Origin: Nemertoderma westbladi
Taxonomy: Eukaryota; Animalia; Xenacoelomorpha
Assembly: GCA_032718475.1 (NCBI GenBank)
Contig: JAUCBJ010006234.1
Span: 1 to 33,068, forward strand
Direction of reading: 5' to 3'
DNA: 33,068 bases
Shown here: positions 20,587 through 30,596 of the stretch, piece after piece
How the letters are laid out: each line of letters opens with the position of its first letter
Numbering within the stretch: position 1 is the first letter of the stretch
Translations under genes and position numbers: made by a program
Notes under the pieces: generated by a model
What the model was told of the DNA's origin: nothing
The model's database searches: none
The model's input: only the letters and a program-made list of their open reading frames with translations

Positions 20587-23469
20587 GTCAGCCTAAGTCA
20601 GTTAACCTTGTCATCCCAGGATTTTCCTGTCACAACGTTCCCAGTGAAAAAGGAGAACATGGCCGTCCCAAGGGCGGTATTTCTATTGCTTTTAACACAA
20701 AACTCGCCACCTCTCAACAGATCTTATACAAAAGCTCTTCGCTAATTTCAGTTCAATCGTCACATATTGCAATCATAGGAGGATACTACACTCCAGCAAC
20801 TGATGTTACCGACATTATTCTAGAACTACACTCTGTTATAAAGCTCACTCGTTCCAAGTGCGACAAACCAATACTCCTCGCTGTCGATTTCAACTGCCGA
20901 CTTGATGGATGTTGTGATCGCGGAGACCTCCTTTGTAGTGGTATGCTAGGCACCGGGTTACAGTGTCTCAACGACCCATCCATCCCCACCTACTACTGTT
21001 GGAATGGCAACAGCACTATAGACCTTATTTTCATGGATAATCGCTCATCTGATCAGCCATCTTTAAATATCCTCCACACACCCAACACGAAACACCAACG
21101 GGTATATACAGCTGTACACTTGACTGATCCAGTAGCGCAAGGAGAAACGTTCAACTCCAATCAGACACATCAACGCGGACCTGCTTTCCAATAATCTTGA
21201 TCAAGTTGAATTTGGTATCGCCTTAAATACAGGAGCCGATGCAGCATGTTCATACTTCAACGAAGCCCTGCAGAAGGCAGCCATGGAACCTAAACCGAGA
21301 AGATCCAAACCTTGGTTCGATGCACAATGTAGAGACGCTTGCCATGTAACAAACGCAGCACTGATGGAGAGGAGAATCAATCCATCCGTTGTCACCCAAA
21401 GAATTCACACTGACCTTCAGAGACAACACAATCAATTGCTAAAAGAAAAAAAGGTTGTTTATGAAAGACAAAGAGAATCAAAACTATTATCCGAGTGTGA
21501 AGCAGACAGAGCGAAATTCTGGAATATTTTAAAGATTGGCACTGAGTCTAAACCGGTGGCACGGCAAGTCTCGGAGGAATCCTGGTCGAATCATGTTGCA
21601 CAGCTACTAACAAAAGATACCGATCTAGAGTTTGGCGACATGCCAGTTAATCCTTGCCGAGAACTCGATGGACCGTTTACTGCAACGGCAATCACAAAAG
21701 CTGTGCACGACTCGAAATTACATAAGGCCGCAGGCCCTGACGGGGTAACTAATGAAGCTGTGAAACAAGGATTTGGTCACCTTCTTCCTTACTTTTTAGC
21801 ATTGTTTAATTTGTGCTTTTACTCTGCCATTTGCCCTTTTATTTGGTTAGTGTCATATCTCATTCCTCTCTACAAGGGAAGAGGTCCAAAGTGTTCACCG
21901 GATAGCTATCGCGGGATAGCTCTACTATCTTGTAGTTTGAAGTATTACACTGCAATCCTATTCTCGCGTTTATACAACTGGTGTGAATCCAACAACATCC
22001 TGCCTGAGAACCAGTACGGATTCAGAAGAGGAAAATCAACCTTGATGGCAGTCTCAAAATTATTTGTGTATATCAGCACAGCTCTTCAAACACCATGCGG
22101 TCACGTCTATGCAGTGTTCATAGACTTCTACAAAGCTTTTGATTCGGTAAATCGGCAGACACTATGTAAAAAACTCTCAGCTTTATGAGTCAGTAGAAAA
22201 TTCATAATGGCAATTTGGGCGCTAATCGCTATAAACTATGTTTGTATTTGCATTGGCTCTTACGTTATAGAACCGATATCCCAAACAGTGGGAGTCGTTC
22301 AGGGGGATAAACTTTCGCCACTTCTCTTCAGCATGTTTGTTGCAAACTTACCCGCTCTATTAGTGGTGACAGGATGCCTCGTGATAATGTACGCTGACGA
22401 TGTAGTCATTTTTGGTTCCTCAATCTCCGACTTACAAAGAAGTCTCGATATTTTAGCTGACTATTGCGAAGAGAATGTCTTGTCTGTGAATCTGAAAAAA
22501 ACAAAAGCGGTGAAATTCAGAAAAGGGGGACGTCTCTCCAAAACGGACGTACTAACCTATAAAGGCTCCAGAATAGTTGAAAATTCATTCAATTACTTGG
22601 GAATCATTCTTTCGATGAAAACCGGCCCGAATGGCCATTACAACCACCTATACAAAAAAAGGGATCACCTGCTGCGTGAGGCTCGCCTCGAAAGTAGATC
22701 GCCTGCTGCGTGAGGCTCGCCTCGAAAGTAGATCGCCTGCTGCGTGAGGCTGGCCTCGAAAGTAGATCGCCTGCTGCGTGAGGCTGGCCTCGAAAGTAGA
22801 ACTAACGATTTTATTTTTATTTTAAAAGAATCTGCAGAGCGCCTTTGGTCTAGTATTGTTTTACCAACGGTAACATATGGATGCAGCATCTTCAACAACG
22901 GTGACATCAGCTCTCTTCCACATGTACACCGCGTACGGGGCTTCTTTTGGAAACTATGGTGTGGCCTTTCTAAATTTTCCTCGACAACCGCCATCCTAGA
23001 CGCAGTCGACGGTTCAGAGTATCAGGAAACTACCGTTGTTCTAGATAACATAACAGGCTTCCGTCGACGGGCTGGTGCAATGCTGATCTCCAATGGGTGC
23101 CATCAACAATACTGCGCGCATGTGAACTGCTGCAAAGCCTCAGATAGCTGTCATTGCTGGCTCTGTGGCAATACAGCCGCAGAAAGGACCCACTATTCCC
23201 AGTGTCAGAAAGTACCTCCCAGCCTCTCAGACTTACAAATAGCGCTATTCCTGATGCGTCTTGACCGCCCATTACCTCCGAAATAAATACGCCTCTATGT
23301 CTAATTTTATTAGAAAGATATTCATATAAATAGTCGCCGTTTTGTTGTTACCCCTTTTAACCTTTTATTAATAATTTTACTATATTAATCTAACTTAAGT
23401 TAACTAAATTACTTATATTATTTAATTTACTGTTTTATTGTCCAATGTTGGAATAAAAGATATATATTC
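20587..23469 (+). mobile_element. 5'-truncated, disabled APE-RT LINE with C-terminal Cys/His finger (RTE-X-like, clade tentative), inside a DEF8 intron
   Basis: GRPKGGISI, DFNCR and STIDLIF (APE); AGPDG, YRGIALLS, QYGFR, FIDFYKAFD, QGDKLSP and YADD (RT); CWLC...HYSQC; AATAAA at 23452; 14-bp TSD ATTTGTTAAGCTTT at 20573-20586 and 23470-23483; premature TGA at 22186 and frameshifts. Confidence 0.93.
22663..22798. repeat. Four tandem 34-bp copies within the LINE ORF
   Basis: GATCRCCTGCTGCGTGAGGCTSGCCTCGAAAGTA at 22663, 22697, 22731 and 22765. Confidence 0.95.
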
Positions 23470-23480
23470 ATTTGTTAAGC

Positions 23481-23622
23481 TTTACGGACAATGACGGACT
23501 GTACGGACAATGACGGACTTTACGGACAATGACGGACTTTACGGACAATGACGGACTTTACGGACAATGACGGACTTTACGGACAATGACGGACTTTACG
23601 GACAATGACGGACTTTACGGAC
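23481..23622. repeat. 19-bp minisatellite (TTTACGGACAATGACGGAC)n, ~7.5 units
   Basis: Directly visible; begins within the right TSD of the LINE. Confidence 0.95.
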
Positions 23623-23680
23623 TATTGCTCTAGTTTTACGTTATAGTTTTATGTTTGTTTTCTATTATTCCTATTCCTAG

Positions 23681-23960
23681 GTTGGAGGATATTAATCCCT
23701 CATTATTTACATTCGTTGAAACTCTATCACATTGTAAGCGACTCCGTGTTGACATACATTGGATGAAGCAGTACATCACGCAATGTCGTGTTGCTAAGAA
23801 ACTGAAACTACTCCGTCTTCTAGAATCGCGACAACATTTTGTTGAATCGACCAGCGTCTATACGATATCAGACCTTATAGACCTCGATAAAGGTGTACTC
23901 ATTCCCTTCATAGAGGAAGTTTGTCGCCAGTTCACCCGACACATCACTGAGGAATGTCTT
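23681..23960 (+). CDS. DEF8: DEF8-like gene exon: LEDINPSLFTFVETL...RQHFVE...RHITEECL
   Basis: TTCCTAG| acceptor and |GTGAGT donor; INP.LF..VE.L, LR.DI..MK.Y, RQHFVE and DL.D motifs as in DEF8. Confidence 0.92.
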
Positions 23961-24109
23961 GTGAGTATTTGGGAATACAGAGACCTGGTTACATATTTAG
24001 TATAATTTACTTTGTAGTTGGTTTAGAGACCTGGTTACATATTTAGTATCATTTACTTTGTAGTTGGTTTAGAGACCTGGTTACATATTTAGTATCATTT
24101 ACTTTGTAG

Positions 24110-24225
24110 TTGTGTCAGGCCATGGGTTTCTGCTGCGAACTTTGTTTGAATAAAGATTCGTCTGCTATATATCCATTCGACAACGGTGTAACAGTCTGCA
24201 GTAAATGTTGCGCCACATTCCATAC
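24110..24225 (+). CDS. DEF8: DEF8-like gene exon: LCQAMGFCCELCLNKDSSAIYPFDNGVTVCSKCCATFH
   Basis: TTTGTAG| acceptor and |GTAAGT donor; CQA.GF.CELC...PFD....C..C...FH Rubicon-homology zinc motif; phases match the neighbouring exons. Confidence 0.92.
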
Positions 24226-24347
24226 GTAAGTATTTTACTCGGAATAGTTCGTTAACCTTTAGTCCTTACGTTCGGAATAGTACGTTACATTTTGAGTGAG
24301 TCTGACATGTCCGATTTCCTTAAGTCATGTAATTTATATTCCTACAG

Positions 24348-25113
24348 GAATTGCTTTCGATTGGCAAATAATATTTGCTGTAGATGTTTACGACTGGAGA
24401 AACGGCGACTTAGCAGAGCTGGTGGTAGCGAGATAATCCAACCAGATCGTTGGACCAGCGAGATAATCCAACCAGATCGTCGGACCAGCGAGATAATCCA
24501 ACCAGATCGTCGGACCGGCGAGATAATCCAACCAGATCGTCGGACCAGCGAGATAATCCAACCAGATCGTCGGACCAGCGAGATAATCCAACCAGATCGT
24601 CGGACCAGCGAGATAATCCAAACAGATCGTCGGACCAGCGAGATAATCCAACCAGATCGTCGGACCAGCGAGATAATCCAACCAGATCGTCGGACCAGCG
24701 AGACAATCCAACCAGATCGTCGGACCAGCGAGATAATCCAACCAGATCGTCGGACCAGCGAGATAATCCAACCAGATCGTCGGACCGACGAGATAATCCA
24801 ATCAGATCGTTGTACCAACCAAACCGAGCCGGATTCCGGACACTGCCAGGTGAAGAGTCAGTCGCCAATCCGAGATGCGAACCGGACGACAATAGAAGAT
24901 CAGCATCGCGAGAATCGGCCAGAGTCATTAATGGAGAATCGGCCAGAGTCCTTAATGGAGAATCGGCCTGAGTCATTAATGGAGAATCGGCCAGAGTCAT
25001 TAATGGAGAATCGGCCAGAGTCATTAATGGAGAATCGGCCAGAGTCATTAATAGAGAATCGGCCAGAGCGGACAGACCCTATATTGGAAGGAGAGACTGG
25101 GATCTCGATCTAA
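24348..25113 (+). CDS. DEF8: DEF8-like terminal exon: NCF.....C.RC followed by an in-frame repeat tail
   Basis: CCTACAG| acceptor (phase 2); final Cys ligands CF...CCRC; frame open to TAA 25111-25113; AATAAA at 25207. The 5' part is secure; translation of the full repeat tail is inferred. Confidence 0.75.
24427..24816 (+). repeat. 30-bp coding minisatellite x13 (SEIIQPDRRT)
   Basis: Directly visible. Confidence 0.95.
24910..25068 (+). repeat. 24-bp coding minisatellite x6.5 (ENRPESLM)
   Basis: Directly visible. Confidence 0.95.
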
Positions 25114-25433
25114 CTTAAGGAGGGGCTATCCCATAGGGGATATTAATTAGCACCTACAGTGCAGTATAGCCAATGGGTAAATATACAAAAAGGGCAGATT
25201 GATCTCAATAAAGTTCTGGTCTTACACTTTTATTCAGGTCTAATTGTAGGGTAGGTATCACTTTGTATTTGTAGTGTCGTGAAGAGTGGTCTGAATGGTT
25301 TGTTATACTTAAGATAGTAGGATCAGTTAACACTTAGCACTAACTATGTGGTATTATTCCAAAAGTGTAAAGATGAAACGATGAAAAACTTAATGGTGGA
25401 AATTAGGGATGCGACAGAGCTAAAATTTCATCC

Positions 25434-26679
25434 GGAGCAGGAGCCCGGAGGTTCCTTTGGGTTACAATATGAGCTCCACCAGAGCCGGAGCCCGGAGGTT
25501 CCTTTGGGTTACAATATGAGCTCCACCGGAGCTGGAGCAGGAGCCCGGAGGTTCCTTTGGGTTACAATATGAGTTCCACCGGAGCTGGAGCAGGAGCCTG
25601 GAGCTTCCTTTGGGTTACAATATGAGCTCCGCCAGAGCCAGAGCCCGGAGGTTCCTTTGGGTTACAATATGAGCTCCGCCAGAGCCGGATCCTGGAGGTT
25701 CCTTTGGGTTACAATATGAGCTCAACCGGAGCCTGGAGGTTCCTTTGGGTTACAATATGAGCTCCGCCGGTGCTGGAGCAGGAGCCCGGAGGTTCCTTTG
25801 GGTTACAATATGAGCTCAACCGGAGCCCAGAGGTTCCTTTGGGTTACAATATGAGCTCCACCGGAGCCGGAGGTTGGGATGTTACAATATGAGCTCCACC
25901 GGAGCCTGGAGGTTCGTTTGGGTTACAATATGAGCTCCACCGGAGCCTGGAGCTTCCTTTGGGTTACAATATGAGCTCCGCCAGAGCCGGAGCCTGGAGG
26001 TTCCTTTGGGTTACAATATGAGCTCCGCCTGTGCTGGAGCAGGAGCCCGGAGGTTCCTTTGGGTTACAATATGAGCTCCGCCGGTGCTGGAGCAGGAGCC
26101 CGGAGGTTCCTTTGGGTTACAATATGAGCTCCGCCAGAGCCGGAGCCCGGAGGTTCCTTTGGGTTACAATATGAGCTCCACTGGAGCTGGAGCAGGAGCC
26201 CGGAGCTTCCTTTGGGTTACAATATGAGCTCCGCCAGAGCCGGAGCCCGGAGGTTCCTTTGGGTTACAATATGAGCTACACCAGAGCCTTGAGGTTCCTT
26301 TGGGTTACAATATGAGCTCCGCCGGAGCTCGGAGGTTCCTTTGGGTTACAATATGAGCTACGCCGGAGCCCGGAGGTTCCTTTGGGTTACAATATGAGCT
26401 ACGCCGGAGCCTGGAGGTTCCTTTGGGTTACAATATGAGCTACGCCGGAGCCCGGAGGTTCCTTTGGGTTACAATATGAGCTACGCCGGAGCCCGGAGGT
26501 TCCTTTGGGTTACAATATGAGCTACGCCGGAGCCCGGAGGTTCCTTTGGGTTACAATATGAGCTACGCCGGAGCCCGGAGGTTCCTTTGGGTTACAATAT
26601 GAGCTACGCCGGAGCCCGGAGGTTCCTTTGGGTTACAATATGAGCTCCGCCAGAGCCGGAGGTTCCTTTGGGTTACAAT
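25434..26679. repeat. ~42-54-bp minisatellite: constant GGAGGTTCCTTTGGGTTACAATATGAGCT plus variable GGAGCC-type linker
   Basis: Directly visible; starts ~15 bp inside the left TIR. Confidence 0.95.
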
Positions 26680-28296
26680 TTGATGCAAATTCTTACTCGG
26701 CGATTTAATATCTCACCTCAATGTTAAATTATCAATTAAGGGAAATGAGCAGTTTACAGTCACATGCTATTCTAATCAAAATAATAAACTATATTCAATA
26801 GAACAGTAAGTTTTATTTTTGGTAGTTATCAGCAGTTATTTGTGTTGAAACTGAACTGGTTCACGGTAGACTGACCGCTATCTATTCTAGTTTACGGTAC
26901 ACTGACCGATATACTACGGCACTCTGTCATGTAAATACTGAAAGTCCCACAGACATCTAAAAAGACAACATACAGTCTAATAACCTAAGTAAGCACCCTT
27001 CACTGTAGTACCGGTACTCAAACCTATACAGTATAAGCTTATAGATAGATAGATAGATAGATTTATTTATACATTATGTAAAAACAATAACAAATACACC
27101 AAACAATGTACCGGTATAAAGGTATTGTCCAACATAACATATAGGATTACCCCTAAAGCTTTGCAGCTTATTTCCAAGGGGGTCCTTTATGTTACTTGGT
27201 TACAAATACAATATTACACTACGCTAACCTAAAACCAATATAAAACGTAATTACACTATGTACATGTACAACTTTACCGAGAGCGTGACAATGCCCGACT
27301 CAACGATAAAGATGTAATGTACAGAACAATTTATTATAAAACGTAATTACAGTTTAAATAGTAAATAATTAATAAACTTATAACTTACTGTAGGACTATT
27401 GTACTTATTTTTACATTGCACACGGAGATGAGATTTAACTGCAGATTTAAAAGAATGTTGATTATCTAGGTTTTTAATTTCATTAGGCAGAGCGTTCCAA
27501 TTTTTAATACCGTTAAAAAGGAAAGTATCAGATTCGAAGGATTTACAATTCGGGAGGTAGAAGTTTGAAGCACTAGCTCTGGTCTGTAAGAGTGTGTATC
27601 GCGTACTCTGTTGAATTTTTGTTTTAGGTAATTGGGACATTTACCATTATACACTTTATGTACATGGTTAAGGCGTAGCTGCTTAACTCTACTATCTAAG
27701 TTAAGTAGTCCAGATTCAGAAAAGTCATCTGGAGTTAGGTGGTGCCTAGGTTTGTAGTCTTTAATAAATCGTACTACTTTATTCTGAGCTACTTGTAATT
27801 TACATTTAAGCTGTTTGGTTAAGCCTTCATACCAAGAAGAGCACGCATAGTCCATGTGACACTGTATTAAAGAAGAGCAAAGTAACTTGCGGGAGTCGGT
27901 GTTCAAACTATTTTTATTTCTGTATAGAAACCTAAGCCTACTGTTAACTTTCGAGAAAATATTTTTCACTGTACTTTCTCCTGATAAGCAGTTATCCAAT
28001 GTGGCGCCTAAATATTTAACTTCCTTTTTATTTTCAATCTTATGTCCATTACTAGTGACTTCAAACTTAGTTACCTTCTTTAACTTTCTTTTGGAACCAA
28101 ACAAAATACTTTCAGTTTTACCGTAGTGAATGGATAGCTTATTATCAACCAACCACTCATTACAGGATTCTAGAACTGCACTTAACTTTTGGGAAATATG
28201 GATAGGATCTTTATGAGAGAAAATAAGAGCACTGTCGTCGGCATATAAAATGAGTTTAAAATCGGGATCTATACTACTTATCATATCATTTACATA

Positions 28297-29670
28297 TGCC
28301 TCAATACCTCAATGCCTCTAAGTCAGTTTATTAATAAAATTCATAGCAATTTGTCATACCCTCGAAAACCATTGTACGCGGTTTATGTCGATTTCCGCAA
28401 AGCTTTTGATTCGGTCCCCAGGTCTAAACTACTCTTAAAGTTAGGGTTTGATTTTAATATTCGTGGTTCACTTTTTAACATCATTAAATCGATTTTAAGT
28501 CCTAATTATATAGTAATTTCAGATGGCCTCCGTAATTCTAGAATTATAAAACAAGTGCGTGGGGTTTTACAAGGAGACAGCTTGAGCCCTTTCCTGTTCG
28601 TAATTTTTATTTACGATATTGTGAAGTTTATACGTGATATTACCGTCAAGATTGGGGAATTATTTATATTATTATTTGCGGATGATTTGCTATTTTATGG
28701 CGACTCCCGTGAGGTAGTGCAAGCTGGTTTAAATGCAACTGCTAATTGGGCCCGGGAAAACGGTCTTGAAGTAAATCTTACAAAGACTTCCGTAATGAAA
28801 TTTAGGAGAGGTGGCCGACTGTCCGCTCAGGATAAATTTTTCTACAACAGAAACGAGGTGAAAATAGAAAAGTCTTATAAATATTTGGGAGTCACATTTC
28901 AATCGTCCTTGAAATTCACAAAGCACATAAATATAATAGTCTGCAAATCACTTTCCACAATACGGTCAATCCAGAAACCACATCTACTATCTATTAGCAC
29001 AGCTAAAAAGCTTTTTTCCTTAAAAGTAACACCGATAGTTATGTATGGACTTCGCGAAATTTGGCCTTTCTTGTCAGTCAACAACCTTCATAGTATCGAT
29101 AAAATCCAAGCTGCTTTCCTCAAAAGAGTACTTTCAGTTCACAAATCGTCTAGGAATCGGCTAGTTCACGCTCTCTGTGATTCGCGAAATCTTTCTATGG
29201 TACTTAAAGGTCAACTAAATTTAACAGACACGGATGTATTCAAAAAATACACCGCTGAAGTCGAAGACAAAACTCATGAAATCCCAGTAGAGTTCTGGAA
29301 CAGTATCGCGTTCATAAATCGCAGTTGGACAATCGCAAATTGTCGTAAGAGGCACACCATAACCCGCTTTGCTCTTCACGGTTTCCATTTCCGAATTTGT
29401 ACATCCAGACCCACAGAATTTCATGAGGCGGGGAATGACTGTGTATGTAGTCTCTGCGGGAGGCCGGCGGACACGTACCATCTCCTTAGTTGCCCGAGCA
29501 ACCACCACCCCCTTACGTACTGGGCCAACAAACTCTGATTTAAAATTGTTTTATAACTGTGTAAATATTTTATTATTTATGTAAAGTATATTTGGATTTT
29601 ACTGCTTGCTTGCTTAATGCTTATATAGTTTTACAATCGTACCATTATTTTGGTTTAATAAATAACAATT
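28297..29670 (+). mobile_element. 5'-truncated LINE (RT C-terminal half plus CCHC finger) inserted into the CR1-group RT; related to 20587-23469
   Basis: Intact 408-aa ORF 28312-29538 (VDFRKAFD, QGDSLSP, FADD, KFRRGGRLS, CSLC...HLLSC); AATAAA at 29657; perfect 14-bp TSD ATATCATTTACATA at 28283-28296 and 29671-29684. Confidence 0.95.
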
Positions 29671-30103
29671 ATATCATTTACATAGCATACAAAAAGCAGA
29701 GGACCTAATATACTACCTTGTGGTACACCACAGGTAATCTCTTGTACAGTAGACAGCGATTTGCTAATGACTACAGTTTGACCTCTGTCTGACAGGTAGG
29801 ACTTGAACCAGTCTATAGAACCTACACCCATCAGGCCTAACTTACCAAGCAGAATTTCGTGATCTACAGTATCGAAAGCCTTTTGTAGGACCAACATTAC
29901 CATACCAGTATATAAACCCTTTGCGTTATTACATCTAATTGTATCAGTTAAGTTAATAAGGCAGGTGTCTGTAGAATATGATTTACGAAAACCGGACTGA
30001 AGTTCATACAGTAGATCAGATTTAGCCTACTAAGATGTGCCTCCAGCTGTAGATAAACAGAACGTTCTAGAATTTTAGATACAATACTTAAGATACTAAC
30101 AGG

Positions 30104-30596
30104 TGTGAAAGCTGGATAACAGGATAAGGTCGAACCCGGGTTCCGTGGCAATCTACCACTTAGTTTTTCTGGTTTCCCTGAAGAAAATCTGCCGTTAACT
30201 GGCAGGCTGGCTAAAACGATTAGTTTGTTAGTTCATAACATCAGAACATAATACTGCAGATAAATCTAATCAAAACAGATAAATCAAAATACTGAAATAC
30301 ATCTGTACATACGTCAGACAGTCAGATGTCAGACATCCAAAAAGAAACACGAATCTAAATACTACTGTAGGTACTGTATTGTACTGACCATATCTTGATA
30401 TATTCCTTACTAACCGGTATTATCCTACCTATCTATCCCTCTTTGTTATCCTCCAATCAGCGGTCAGGATTATTCTAGCGCAATTTTGTTGTTTCCTGTA
30501 AACTTCCCTAGATGGCGTTATATTATTTATAACGTTTTTTGTAATTTGATATTGTTGTGTTTCATATTTTGTATGTCCTTGCTGCTGATCACCACA
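30104..30596. mobile_element. Solo LTR (493 bp), Ty3/Gypsy-like by TSD length
   Basis: TGTG...CACA termini; 4-bp TSD CAGG (30100-30103, 30597-30600); removing it restores NYRPVSILS in the host LINE. Confidence 0.85.

Noticed and set aside
23655-24005. Stand-alone 116-aa ORF (and the start of ORF 24292)
   Set aside because: These are internal DEF8 exons; the ORF ends extend into intron sequence.
24342-25048. Antisense and alternate-frame ORFs over the 30/24-bp repeats
   Set aside because: Shadow frames of the triplet-multiple repeats; only one + frame connects to DEF8.
25434-26679. CRISPR-like pattern of a constant 29-bp repeat with variable spacers
   Set aside because: Spacers are short, mutually related GGAGCC variants; no cas genes; eukaryotic transposon context.
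25450-26679. Telomere-like TTTGGGTTA
   Set aside because: One occurrence per satellite unit; not a tandem telomeric tract.
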